DNA of 64,000 nt from Clostridia bacterium (GTDB taxonomy: Bacteria > Bacillota > Clostridia > TANB77 > CAG-508). The notes beneath the pieces are model-generated. The model had not been told where the DNA came from. It did no database searches and saw nothing but the letters and a program-made list of their open reading frames with translations. Made by a program: the position numbers and the translations under genes. This document shows positions 45,884-55,137 of this stretch, one piece after another. How positions within the stretch are numbered: position 1 is the stretch's first letter; every line of letters starts with the position of its first letter. Location of the stretch: the NCBI GenBank assembly GCA_017456555.1, contig JAFTJF010000003.1, forward strand, positions 64,404-128,403. Direction: 5' to 3'.

Positions 45884-48800
45884 GGTCATCTCCTCCTCCA
45901 AAAAATCTTCCTATTTTTCTTTTTATATCTTTTGCTTTTCCTAAAAAGAATTTTATCATATTTTTACCTGCTGAAATTTCAGTAGCAGGAACATTATCTC
46001 TTATCTCTTGTAAAGCTAACATTTCTTCTTTTTCTGTGTCTTTAACGCTTACAATCTCGATAGGAATTTCCACTACTGCCTGCTCAACTGAAAAATCTTC
46101 TACTTCTACAGTTTGATTCCTTTGTTGTACTTTTTCTAAAGCCTCTCTTTGTATTTCATCTATTATTGGAAGCATATCTGGATGTTTTTTTTCAGCACTT
46201 TCTCTAGCCTCATCAATAATATTTGTTACATTTTCTTCATCAAAATACGCTTTTTCTACTAACGCATGTCTTAATACTGCTTCACCTTTCTCTCTTAACA
46301 AGTTACTATTTGCATATATAAAGAATACTGACATAACATATTTCCTATTATGTTGATATTGCCCAAGCTCTAATTGCCTATATAGCAATTCTTCTGATTC
46401 TAAATTTCCATTTTTTATTTGTGTTTCAACTAATGCTTCAATACCTTGTTTAATATCATAATATTTGGCACCTCTGCTTTCAGCTTCACTAATAGCAACA
46501 TCCAATTCAGCTATATTTTTTGGAAAAGTTAAAAATGGTAGTTCCTCTGGTTTCAAATATTCACCAAAAGTTTCTTCTGCAAAATTTGGATTTTTTTCAA
46601 ATTCTTCTCTACTAAATTTACTTAATGCATTAGCTGCAAATTTCAAATTAATGGTTCCATATTTACTAGCTACTTCAAGATATTTTTTTATATTATCTAA
46701 TCGCATTTCTTCAGGCATATTATTCCAATAATATTCTATCAGAGAGTCTTTGTTATATCCTTCTGAAATTAGTTCCAATGACATACTCAACATTAAATTG
46801 TAATCTAACTCAGATTCTTTATCAAAATTTTTCTTAAATAAAGAACTAACTTCCCACATGAAATTCCAGTCTTCAGGATTATCTTTTTTTAGTGTTTGTA
46901 ATCTTTCTCCAAACTCTTCTATCGTTTTTATTTTATTTTCTGGTTCGCTTATTTTCTCTGTTCCTACTTCTGTTTCTTGAAAAATATTCTCTCTTGGTTT
47001 TGACTTTGCTTTTTCTAAAGCTTGGTTTTGAATTTCTTCAATTTCTAATAATATATCTGGATTCTCTTCAAATATTTCATCTCTAACATAATTTTTTGTA
47101 TAATTAATAGTATCATTTACTGTATTTTCATCAAAATGTTCTTTTTCTAATAATGTATATCTTAATATCTGAGTAAGATACTCTTTTTGAAACTCTTTAG
47201 GTGTATAAATAAAAAATCCTGATATAGCACTGCTTTTTTTATAATCTTCTTTTAAATAATCCAGTTGAGAATATAGCATTTCTATAGATTCTAAATTTCC
47301 TTCTTTAGCTTCATTTTTGACAATTAAATTAATCCCATGTTCTATTACGTCATCATCCACATTTCTATTTTTTAATTCTTCTATTACTTCTTCTAATCCC
47401 TTTTTGTCTTTCGGCATTTTAAATATTGGAAATATTTCTTGTGGTAAGTATTCTCCAAAAAGTTCTTCTGCCAAATCAGGATTCTTTTCAATCTCTTCCT
47501 TGCCAATCTCCAAAACCTTTTTGTAGGCATATTCCAAATCTATTGTTCTATATTTACTACACAAATCTATATAGCCTTGAATATGTTTCATTCGAAGTTC
47601 ATTAGGTACAGCATCCCAAGAATATTCTAGCATGTATTCTCTATTAGCTTCTGTAACAGATTCTAATGCCATTTCTAATAAAGAATTAAAATCAATTGTC
47701 GGATCATTTTTAAAATAATTTTCAAATAAACCTTTGAATCCAAATCCTAAACTAAAGTTTTTGTTTTCTTTATTTATAATTACTTTTGGCAAATCTTTTA
47801 AAACTCTTTCAAAATCTTCTCTGTTTTTTATATCCCTTCGTAGTATTGTTTCAATAGCTGCATCTGAAAGTCGACTATCTTTTTTCATTTCAATATTTAT
47901 TTTTCCATCACGCGAAAAAGTGTCAAGCATTTCTTTTATATATTCAGAAATCTCTAAATTTGGATTATCAGTTGAAATTGTATTTAATAATGATAATACT
48001 CTTCTACACTCTATATCATTTATATCAGCATCACGTAAAGATTCAAATGTTTCATTTTTAATAACTAAATCTACTAAATCAACTATATTATCGTCATATT
48101 CCTCTCGAGTTACCAATAATTTTGAAATATATTCTAAAGTTTCTGCCGAATCTTCTAACGATACTGTAACCCCTGTTCCTAATATTTTAGTATATATATC
48201 ATATATTGATGGACTTGTACATGAAATAGCACTACTTAAAATTTCTGGCGTCTTCTTTCTTTCTCCATTCTCGTCAAACTCTAAACCCAAAACAGGATAT
48301 TTTTTTAGCCAATCTGGCTTATTTCTTATAAGTTCTGCTGCTTTTTGAGAGATTGATACAATTCTTCCATCTCTATCAACTTTGTTTGAAGCAAAATCAG
48401 TGTTTACTTGTTCTTCTTTTTGATTTTCTTCAACAATTTCTTTTAATGTTCTCTTTGTGCTTCCTACATTCTCAATTACTTGTTCTTCTGAAATACCTAG
48501 ATATTTTAAGTATTCGGCTTGTCCTCTTGTTCCAGCAAGTCTAGCATCAATCTCACAATACATTCTTGTATAATTTCTTTTGTAAAAATTATTCTCATCA
48601 TCTCTAATGATTTCTTCTTTTATCATATTATATCTAGAGCCATCTAAATTGGTGAAATCTGTAGTGTTATAATGTTTTGCTTGAATAGCATGTCTTACTT
48701 CATGATATGCCGTATTTATAATATGTGAATTGCTTTCATCCAATTCTAGTAAATTATCTTCTAGAAAACCTATCGTTCTTGTTGCTTTATTATGGTATCC

Positions 48801-50696
48801 TAGTGTATTTCCATCTTTTTCAAAAAATTCAATTGTATATCCTTCTATTTCTTCTTTTGCTAACATGTGTTGCACTTTATCTTCAAAAGCTCTTTTTAAG
48901 ATTGGTAAATATTTATTTATATTCTGATTAAGTAATGAATCTTTTGTTAATTTTTGTTTTATAACATAATCGCAGTATTCTTCTGGTATACGTCCATCAA
49001 ATAACTTTATTATTCCTAAATCATTAATGAAACTATCAAAAGTAGAATCAGCCATAGACTCTAAATCTTCCGAATAATTTTCTGGCAAATACTCTGAATA
49101 TTTATTCATATCTGGAAGTTCATATTTACTTTTTTCTTTTTCTAACAATTCCCTTATTTCTACAAACTCTGGTTCTGTATTATTAGGATACAAATTCATA
49201 AAATTAAATATTGATGTTCCTATACTGCTTGTTACTAATGACATTTCAGGATTAGAAACAACATATTCAATATATCTTTTATATACACTTAAATTTTTAT
49301 CTGTTACTTGGGGATTTAAGTTTTCCTCATAATTCTTAATTATATTTTCTGGTAATATTTGTAAAAAATATTCTCTTGATTTATTAGGTATTCTGTTACC
49401 TAATACTGTAACTATGTATTCTGAATTTTTTTTGATAAATTCTTCTGGCAATTTATTAATTATATCTTCCCAACATTCGTCTGCATCATATTTATCAAAG
49501 ATAATTTCATAATTATAGTTCTCATCTATTTTTGATTTTGCAAAAGTTAATAGCTCTTTAGTTTTTTCTTCATCAAATTCTTGATTTTCTTCAATATCAA
49601 ATAATTTAAGGCATAAATCCGCTACATTATCTTTATCGAAAAGTTCAGAACACTTTTCAAAATTTTCTTCAACAAATATTCTTGGCAAACTTTTTATTAC
49701 GTTTTTAAATTCTTCTTTGGGTTGCCACGTATATTGACTGTTTGTTTTTATAAAATCATATACCAAGTTCAAGTTCTTTAATATTTGTTCATTATCTATA
49801 ACTTCATTTTCTGATATTTCAAAAAGTTTTGGATATAATTTTTTAAAATCTCTTAAAGAAAATGTTTCTGTTAATGTTTGTACATTTTCTTTTACAAAGC
49901 TTGGTGATAATAAATCTGGTATTTCACTTAAAATGATATCTTTTGAAATATTTGCTTTTGCTGCATAGTCTTCTATTTGAGCCATGACCATTTCAAATAA
50001 TTTTTCATCATTTCCATTTGATTCACCTCTAAACGCTTTAGCTACAAATTCAGTAATATCCGAATTACTTAACCCGTTTATTGAGAAATATTTTTTTGAT
50101 ACTTCTTCAAAATTATCTGCAATATATTTTTCTGATAGCGAATTAATTACTTTAGTTCCTACCATCCTTTTATAAGATTCGACTATCCTTGTATTTTCAC
50201 TATCTATTTCGGCATCTTCAAATAAATTTAAAATATGTGAATAATTTTCTTCTTTCTTTAACTGAATAGGTAAATTATACATTATATATAATTGTGTACT
50301 TAATTCTACTGAATATTCTTTGTCGAATATAAATTCACATAAATCTTCAAATTTTTCTCTTTTCACATCTTCAGGAAGATGCTCTATAAACTCTTCAATA
50401 GCATGCCTTTCGCTCCATTCAGTTGATTTTTTATAAGAACCAACTTTGTTTAATAATCCCTCAAAATTTTCAAAAATAACTTCAACAGGTAAATTTTCAG
50501 CTAAAGTACTCCAAGCCTCTGCGCAACTAAATAAATAAATTTTTTCTAATACTGCATCCATATATTTTGTAATTTCATCCAATGTTCTAAATGATCCTGC
50601 TGCATTAGCCAATTCATTAATAATTTCACTGTTACTAAGTCCGAGCATATTGTTCATGCTTTCTTCAAACAGTTTATCAAACTCTTCATCATTCAT
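45870..50696 (-). CDS. giant (1608 aa) acidic, helical repeat protein with a central HExxH zincin-like motif
   Basis: Uninterrupted 4.8-kb ORF with no signal peptide. AYHEVRHAIQ is encoded at 48690..48704. Two tandem repeats of about 280 aa occupy the C-terminal third. Confidence 0.7.
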   Translation of the reverse strand: MNDEEFDKLFEESMNNMLGLSNSEIINELANAAGSFRTLDEITKYMDAVLEKIYLFSCAEAWSTLAENLPVEVIFENFEGLLNKVGSYKKSTEWSERHAIEEFIEHLPEDVKREKFEDLCEFIFDKEYSVELSTQLYIMYNLPIQLKKEENYSHILNLFEDAEIDSENTRIVESYKRMVGTKVINSLSEKYIADNFEEVSKKYFSINGLSNSDITEFVAKAFRGESNGNDEKLFEMVMAQIEDYAAKANISKDIILSEIPDLLSPSFVKENVQTLTETFSLRDFKKLYPKLFEISENEVIDNEQILKNLNLVYDFIKTNSQYTWQPKEEFKNVIKSLPRIFVEENFEKCSELFDKDNVADLCLKLFDIEENQEFDEEKTKELLTFAKSKIDENYNYEIIFDKYDADECWEDIINKLPEEFIKKNSEYIVTVLGNRIPNKSREYFLQILPENIIKNYEENLNPQVTDKNLSVYKRYIEYVVSNPEMSLVTSSIGTSIFNFMNLYPNNTEPEFVEIRELLEKEKSKYELPDMNKYSEYLPENYSEDLESMADSTFDSFINDLGIIKLFDGRIPEEYCDYVIKQKLTKDSLLNQNINKYLPILKRAFEDKVQHMLAKEEIEGYTIEFFEKDGNTLGYHNKATRTIGFLEDNLLELDESNSHIINTAYHEVRHAIQAKHYNTTDFTNLDGSRYNMIKEEIIRDDENNFYKRNYTRMYCEIDARLAGTRGQAEYLKYLGISEEQVIENVGSTKRTLKEIVEENQKEEQVNTDFASNKVDRDGRIVSISQKAAELIRNKPDWLKKYPVLGLEFDENGERKKTPEILSSAISCTSPSIYDIYTKILGTGVTVSLEDSAETLEYISKLLVTREEYDDNIVDLVDLVIKNETFESLRDADINDIECRRVLSLLNTISTDNPNLEISEYIKEMLDTFSRDGKINIEMKKDSRLSDAAIETILRRDIKNREDFERVLKDLPKVIINKENKNFSLGFGFKGLFENYFKNDPTIDFNSLLEMALESVTEANREYMLEYSWDAVPNELRMKHIQGYIDLCSKYRTIDLEYAYKKVLEIGKEEIEKNPDLAEELFGEYLPQEIFPIFKMPKDKKGLEEVIEELKNRNVDDDVIEHGINLIVKNEAKEGNLESIEMLYSQLDYLKEDYKKSSAISGFFIYTPKEFQKEYLTQILRYTLLEKEHFDENTVNDTINYTKNYVRDEIFEENPDILLEIEEIQNQALEKAKSKPRENIFQETEVGTEKISEPENKIKTIEEFGERLQTLKKDNPEDWNFMWEVSSLFKKNFDKESELDYNLMLSMSLELISEGYNKDSLIEYYWNNMPEEMRLDNIKKYLEVASKYGTINLKFAANALSKFSREEFEKNPNFAEETFGEYLKPEELPFLTFPKNIAELDVAISEAESRGAKYYDIKQGIEALVETQIKNGNLESEELLYRQLELGQYQHNRKYVMSVFFIYANSNLLREKGEAVLRHALVEKAYFDEENVTNIIDEARESAEKKHPDMLPIIDEIQREALEKVQQRNQTVEVEDFSVEQAVVEIPIEIVSVKDTEKEEMLALQEIRDNVPATEISAGKNMIKFFLGKAKDIKRKIGRFFGGGDDHDNR

Positions 50697-50839
50697 GTTT
50701 TACATTACCTTTACTTATATTTTTTCATAATAATTATCTCATATTAAAACTTCAAATACAAACACAAATATATTTCATTTTTAATACAACTGCAAAAAAA
50801 GAAGCAACTATCAAAATTGCTTCTTTAAATTTATAAACT

Positions 50840-51991
50840 TTATCTATCATCACGATTATCTCTAGAATTTGTTAATACTTTAGTTGGTTTCAAAGTTTTC
50901 ACTTTGCTTTTAACATATTTTACTGTAGACATTACTGGTTTTTCTTCATTTACTTTTGGGTAAATATTAGGATAATTTTTCTTAATCATATCTTCTAAGA
51001 AAAATCTTACAACTCTATTCTTTACTAAAACACTTCCACTTAACAATAAATCACAATATTCTTTACTATCAAAATCACCTTTTTCATAAGCTGCAACTAC
51101 ATTTTTAAACAATTCTAAGGCAGCACCTTTTAAAACATCATTTGCAACTTCATCTCCTTGAAGAGCTGCTTCTTCAGCAACTTTTCCAAAAAGATTTCCT
51201 ACTTTTGCTCTATCAAATGGTCTTCCATTTTCTTCTGTTATTGAATAAACCAAAGAAACGTACTCTGGAAGTCCTGCTTCTCTTAATCCTAAAGCTTTGG
51301 CTCTATATACATCATTATCAGAATATCCATTTAATCTTAATAGCTTTTCAATTACAAGTTCTCTTAAATAATATGTGTTATCTCTTACAACTTCACCACT
51401 GCTATTTATATAAAGTCCTAATTTTTCAATTTGTCCAACTCTTGTTAAAACTTCTTTTGCTATCCAATATCCAGAACCTTTATCTCCAATGTATTCTCCG
51501 TCACCATCTAGTTTTTCAATTGTATATTCTTCTGGTTCTACATCTGTATTATCATATGGTTTTATATCTTTATATTTTACTGCACCAACAGTTCCAGTTC
51601 CTGCCACTAAAGCTATATCTGATGAATGTAATAATATATCGATATCGTTAGTTACAAACAATTCTGGTGTTTTGGCTCCTGGATTTTCTGTTTTTATTTT
51701 AGTCACAGCATTTTCTAAAGCTGATGCTAAATCTCTTCTATTTTGTTCAATCTCAGTTCCTGCACTAGATAAGCCTATTCCAGAAAGTTCATATCCAGTT
51801 GGAATATTTTGGTATCCTTCTAATATTAGATTTTGAATATTACTTATCGCTTCTCTTCTATTTGGAACTGTAGATAAATTTGTTCCTGTATTTATTTCAT
51901 TAAAATAAATTGGTTGTTCTGAATCGTAGTCTGCAACTACCATTCTTAAATTACTTCCTCCGCCATCTAAGGCTATAATTGCTTTTTTCAT
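50840..51991 (-). CDS. BadF/BadG/BcrA/BcrD-type ATPase (N-acetylglucosamine-kinase-like)
   Basis: N-terminus IALDGGGSNLRMVV (phosphate-1 motif of the ASKHA fold) and ALVAGTGTVG. Confidence 0.55.
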   Translation of the reverse strand: MKKAIIALDGGGSNLRMVVADYDSEQPIYFNEINTGTNLSTVPNRREAISNIQNLILEGYQNIPTGYELSGIGLSSAGTEIEQNRRDLASALENAVTKIKTENPGAKTPELFVTNDIDILLHSSDIALVAGTGTVGAVKYKDIKPYDNTDVEPEEYTIEKLDGDGEYIGDKGSGYWIAKEVLTRVGQIEKLGLYINSSGEVVRDNTYYLRELVIEKLLRLNGYSDNDVYRAKALGLREAGLPEYVSLVYSITEENGRPFDRAKVGNLFGKVAEEAALQGDEVANDVLKGAALELFKNVVAAYEKGDFDSKEYCDLLLSGSVLVKNRVVRFFLEDMIKKNYPNIYPKVNEEKPVMSTVKYVKSKVKTLKPTKVLTNSRDNRDDR

Positions 51992-52144
51992 AATTCAACA
52001 TCCCTTTTCTTTTAATTTTTCCAGTCCCTTTATATCACCATTAATACTTGAAGTCAATATCTTTTGAGGCATTTATTTAAATTATATTTATCAATTTATT
52101 TTTTCCCTTCTAAGTTAATTTATATTAAAAATTTAGCGTCAAAA

Positions 52145-52171
52145 AAGATAGTAATTTCTTACTATCTTTTT
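52145..52171. terminator. bidirectional intrinsic terminator
   Basis: AAGATAGTAA-TTTC-TTACTATCTT flanked by A6 and T-runs. Confidence 0.7.
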
Positions 52172-52176
52172 ATCTA

Positions 52177-53715
52177 TTATTTTAATTTTTCATATTCTAT
52201 TATTATTTCTTCACCTGTGTTTGTAAATATATGAATAGTTAAAGTATCTGTTGCATCATATTTAGTTAAATCAAAAGTTTGATGATAATCTATTATTTTA
52301 TTTTCACCATTAGCTCCACCATATCCATTTGTTCCATCTTTAGATATCTCAAATCTTTTTCCATCTGATGTTTCAACATATTCTTTTTGAAGAGCAATTA
52401 AACTATAAATACTCTTCATATTTTCTCTATCATATAAAGCTTTATAATCTATTTTATCTGTAGTTGTAACAGGTATCGATATTTTAAATGCAGTATTTGA
52501 AAGCACAGCATCTTCAACAACAGTTTTATCATCACTACAACTTTTTACTTTATAAATAACCGTTTCTCTATTGTACATCTCTTCTGGAATATCTTCTTCA
52601 AATTTCCAATTTCCTTTATATACTTCATCATTTGGCAAATCTTTTAAAACAATTCGACTAAAACTAATGTATAGTTTCTTACTTTTTGGAAAAGCTTTAA
52701 CTTCAGCAGCTGATGAAAGAGATATCATAATTTGATTATCACTTACCACTTTTTGTAGCATACTATATCCATTCCAATATTCTGGTTCAAGTGTTTCATC
52801 ATTTTTCGATTTTCTTTCATAATCTGTGCTAAATACAACATTGTTATTCTCATCTATTATTTTCAAATCTTCTAATAGTAGCTTATGTTTTGCAATCTCA
52901 TTTACGTCATCATACTTATCATTAAATGTTAGCAAAAAGTTCATTCCAAAATTATAATCATCCATAATAAAGCTTTTTATACTAACAGTAATTCCCTCTG
53001 TAGTATTTTCAGTTTTACCTTCAGCTACAAATCCATGATTAACAGCTGTATCTACTCCATCACTTGCATTTGCCCCAAACAATTCCTTAACAAATTCTAC
53101 AATCTCGTCAGCGTATGTAACTCCAGTAATCATTGCTGTAACAAATAAAATTATTGAAATTAATCTTATTATTCTCTTATTTCTTATTTCAACAACATTT
53201 TCCTCTATTAATAATTTTCTTAATTTCTTTTTGCTATTGTGTGCTAAAGTTTTTATTTGACTCTCTGTTTTTTCCATAACTTCCGCAGTTTCTTTATAAC
53301 TTAGCCCTTCTACTTGTGTTAGATAGATTACAAGTTGATAATCTAGTTGAAGTTTATTTATAACATTTTTTATTTTCTCTTTCCTTTCATTTGAACAAAT
53401 TATTTCTTCTAACAAATTTTCATCTGCCATATCTTCTGGCATTTCTGTGGTCTTTTGATTTTGATTTATGTAATTTATACTTCTCGATTTTGCAATCATA
53501 TACATATATGTTTTTAAAGAATATTTCGAATCATATTTTTCTTTATTTTCTAACATATATAAAATAACATCTTGAAAAATATCTTCAGCAATTTCCACAT
53601 TTTTCACATATCTTGTTATAAAAAATATTAAATTTTTTTCGTACTTTTTAATAATTGAATTAAAAGCCTCTTCATCTCCCCTTAAAAATTTTTCATATAA
53701 TATCTTATCTTCCAT
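52177..53715 (-). CDS. ECF-type sigma factor fused in one polypeptide to a TM helix and an anti-sigma-type ectodomain
   Basis: Start at the ATG at 53715, behind a GAGGAG RBS. Residues 1 to about 175 are sigma regions 2 and 4 (FQDVILYMLEN; LVIYLTQVEGLSYKETAEVMEKTESQIKTLAHNSKKKLRK). A TM segment follows (IIRLISIILFVTAMITGVTYA). The roughly 310-aa ectodomain is homologous to that of the separate anti-sigma at 55644..57035. Confidence 0.75.
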   Translation of the reverse strand: MEDKILYEKFLRGDEEAFNSIIKKYEKNLIFFITRYVKNVEIAEDIFQDVILYMLENKEKYDSKYSLKTYMYMIAKSRSINYINQNQKTTEMPEDMADENLLEEIICSNERKEKIKNVINKLQLDYQLVIYLTQVEGLSYKETAEVMEKTESQIKTLAHNSKKKLRKLLIEENVVEIRNKRIIRLISIILFVTAMITGVTYADEIVEFVKELFGANASDGVDTAVNHGFVAEGKTENTTEGITVSIKSFIMDDYNFGMNFLLTFNDKYDDVNEIAKHKLLLEDLKIIDENNNVVFSTDYERKSKNDETLEPEYWNGYSMLQKVVSDNQIMISLSSAAEVKAFPKSKKLYISFSRIVLKDLPNDEVYKGNWKFEEDIPEEMYNRETVIYKVKSCSDDKTVVEDAVLSNTAFKISIPVTTTDKIDYKALYDRENMKSIYSLIALQKEYVETSDGKRFEISKDGTNGYGGANGENKIIDYHQTFDLTKYDATDTLTIHIFTNTGEEIIIEYEKLK

Positions 53716-53949
53716 ATGATATCTCCTCTTCTTAAGATTACATATATTATACAATCAAAAATACAAAAAGTTGTACTTTTTATAAAATATTTTCAATAAA
53801 AAATCGATTTGTTATAAATTTATCTAATCCTCATTGATTAATATTTTCATAAACTATTAATTATTTTTTCAATCCAATTGACATCTCATAATTTTCCCTA
53901 TATTATAGTTAACGAACGAACAAACCGCGTTATAAAGGAGTGATCGAAT

Positions 53950-54618
53950 ATGATTATACGGTTGCCCGAACGATTTATCTACAGCAATAAAGGACATGAA
54001 GACGGTGCATATGTCGAAAATGGCATTTTATATATGAGTAAATATACCAATTTCGAGGACTTGATGTACACCATAACTTATGTTCTTAAAGGCTATGATA
54101 GATGCTGTTACTGTGGCGAAAAACTTTCGATGAAAAATCGAACTTTGGATCACATGTATCCAAGAAGATGGGGCGGTGTCAGTATTCCTGAGAACCTTCT
54201 CCCCTCTTGCAAGAAGTGTAACCAAGACAAAAAAGATATGACTTATCGGCAATTCCAAGAATGGAGAAAACTCGCAACTCAGAGTGAAAAAGAAAAATAT
54301 TATCAACAAACTCTAGTGCGAAATCTTGGAGTCGCTCGCCGTGGAAGATTTGTTATAAAAAGACGTTGGCTTTCCTCTTACGAATTTGAAAATGTTGCTA
54401 AATATATTTCTTTCAATCGGCTCTCCGACCGAAAGAGTAAATTAGTAAGTTCTTATTATCGTAACTGGGGTCAATATCCACATCCTGTAATTGTATCTTC
54501 TAATGGTTGGGTCATTAAAGGTTTGCATGTATTGCATCATGCTAGAAAAGCAAAAAAGAAATATGTTATGGCAATTGTTCTAGAAAACGTTGTTGTATAC
54601 GACAAAGACACCTCTTGA
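53950..54618 (+). CDS. HNH endonuclease with a C-terminal ParB-like nuclease-type segment
   Basis: HNH motif CCYCGEKLS..LDHMYPRRWGG..NLLPSCKKCNQDK. The C-terminus VIVSSNGWVIKGLHVLHHARKAKKKYVMAIVLE resembles the ParB/Srx DGxHR box. GC-rich islet. Confidence 0.7.
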   Translation: MIIRLPERFIYSNKGHEDGAYVENGILYMSKYTNFEDLMYTITYVLKGYDRCCYCGEKLSMKNRTLDHMYPRRWGGVSIPENLLPSCKKCNQDKKDMTYRQFQEWRKLATQSEKEKYYQQTLVRNLGVARRGRFVIKRRWLSSYEFENVAKYISFNRLSDRKSKLVSSYYRNWGQYPHPVIVSSNGWVIKGLHVLHHARKAKKKYVMAIVLENVVVYDKDTS

Positions 54619-54637
54619 CTTCAAGAGGTGCCTTTTC
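54609..54637 (+). terminator. intrinsic terminator of the HNH gene
   Basis: CACCTCTTGA-CT-TCAAGAGGTG followed by CCTTTTC. It overlaps the stop codon. Confidence 0.6.
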
Positions 54638-54643
54638 ATATTA

Positions 54644-54672
54644 TTGACATATTATAAAATTCATAGTAAAAT
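54644..54672 (+). promoter_or_regulatory. sigma-A promoter TTGACA-17-TAAAAT for a short plus-strand RNA
   Basis: TTGACA at 54644..54649 and TAAAAT at 54667..54672. Confidence 0.55.
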
Positions 54673-54679
54673 ATATTCA

Positions 54680-54767
54680 TAGGAAACGGAGAAACCACAA
54701 ACGTGGTTTGCCAGTATATTGTGAAAAAACACATCTATAACGGTCAAATCACAGATGTGTTTTTTTA
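54680..54767 (+). ncRNA. candidate antitoxin sRNA (about 90 nt), convergent with the small toxin-like ORF
   Basis: Runs from the consensus promoter to the shared bidirectional terminator (ACACATCT-N16-AGATGTGT with T7 at 54729..54767). Contains the hairpin AAACCAC-AAAC-GTGGTTT. Confidence 0.4.
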
Positions 54768-54771
54768 TTTT

Positions 54772-54879
54772 CTATTTGCTTAACTTTAAAACAAGTAAAA
54801 TTAAGGCAAATACAACGATAGTTTCGGTAATTAAGCCGATTAATAACAAATATATTATTACTAAAAATATTTCTATCAT
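54772..54879 (-). CDS. 35-aa hydrophobic peptide (type I toxin-like)
   Basis: Manual translation gives MIEIFLVIIYLLLIGLITETIVVFALILLVLKLSK. SD GGAGGTGG 8 nt upstream. Candidate promoter TTGTGT-17-TGTTATATT at 54966..54994. Ends at the shared terminator. Confidence 0.45.
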   Translation of the reverse strand: MIEIFLVIIYLLLIGLITETIVVFALILLVLKLSK

Positions 54880-54965
54880 ATGTACCACCTCCGTTCTCGT
54901 AACACAAGTTACGGATTAAAAGTGGCAAACCACATCTGCTTATTCTCATTTCCTATTGAGAGTTA

Positions 54966-54994
54966 ATATAACATAGTAAAAATAAAAACACAAT
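54966..54994 (-). promoter_or_regulatory. candidate extended -10 promoter for the toxin-like mRNA
   Basis: Minus strand: TTGTGT at 54994..54989, a 17-nt spacer, TATATT at 54971..54966, preceded by a TG dinucleotide one base upstream (TGTTATATT, extended -10). Confidence 0.4.
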
Positions 54995-55137
54995 AAGGTA
55001 TTTCTACATTTTAGGGATGAATTTTATTCATCTCTTTTTTGTTATTTTTTTAAATTTATGCAACAAATATGTTAAATTTTTTATCTATTATGTATAAGTA
55101 CTTATTAATTATAAATAATTAGTAAAAGGAGGAAATC

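Noticed and set aside
45877-50175. Ten plus-strand ORFs of 60-204 aa in the track (for example 47734..48348 and 46465..46731) lying inside the giant minus-strand gene
   Set aside because: They are antisense shadow ORFs of a long AT-rich coding region. Their products are low-complexity and Ser/Phe/Leu-rich, they have no RBS, and the 4.8-kb minus-strand frame is uninterrupted.
54749-54949. 66-aa minus-strand ORF from the track (MRISRCGLPLL..)
   Set aside because: It has no RBS, is Cys/Asn/Arg-rich and looks non-protein-like. In another frame of the same strand, a 35-codon ORF with a GGAGGTGG SD and a clean TM helix explains the locus better.
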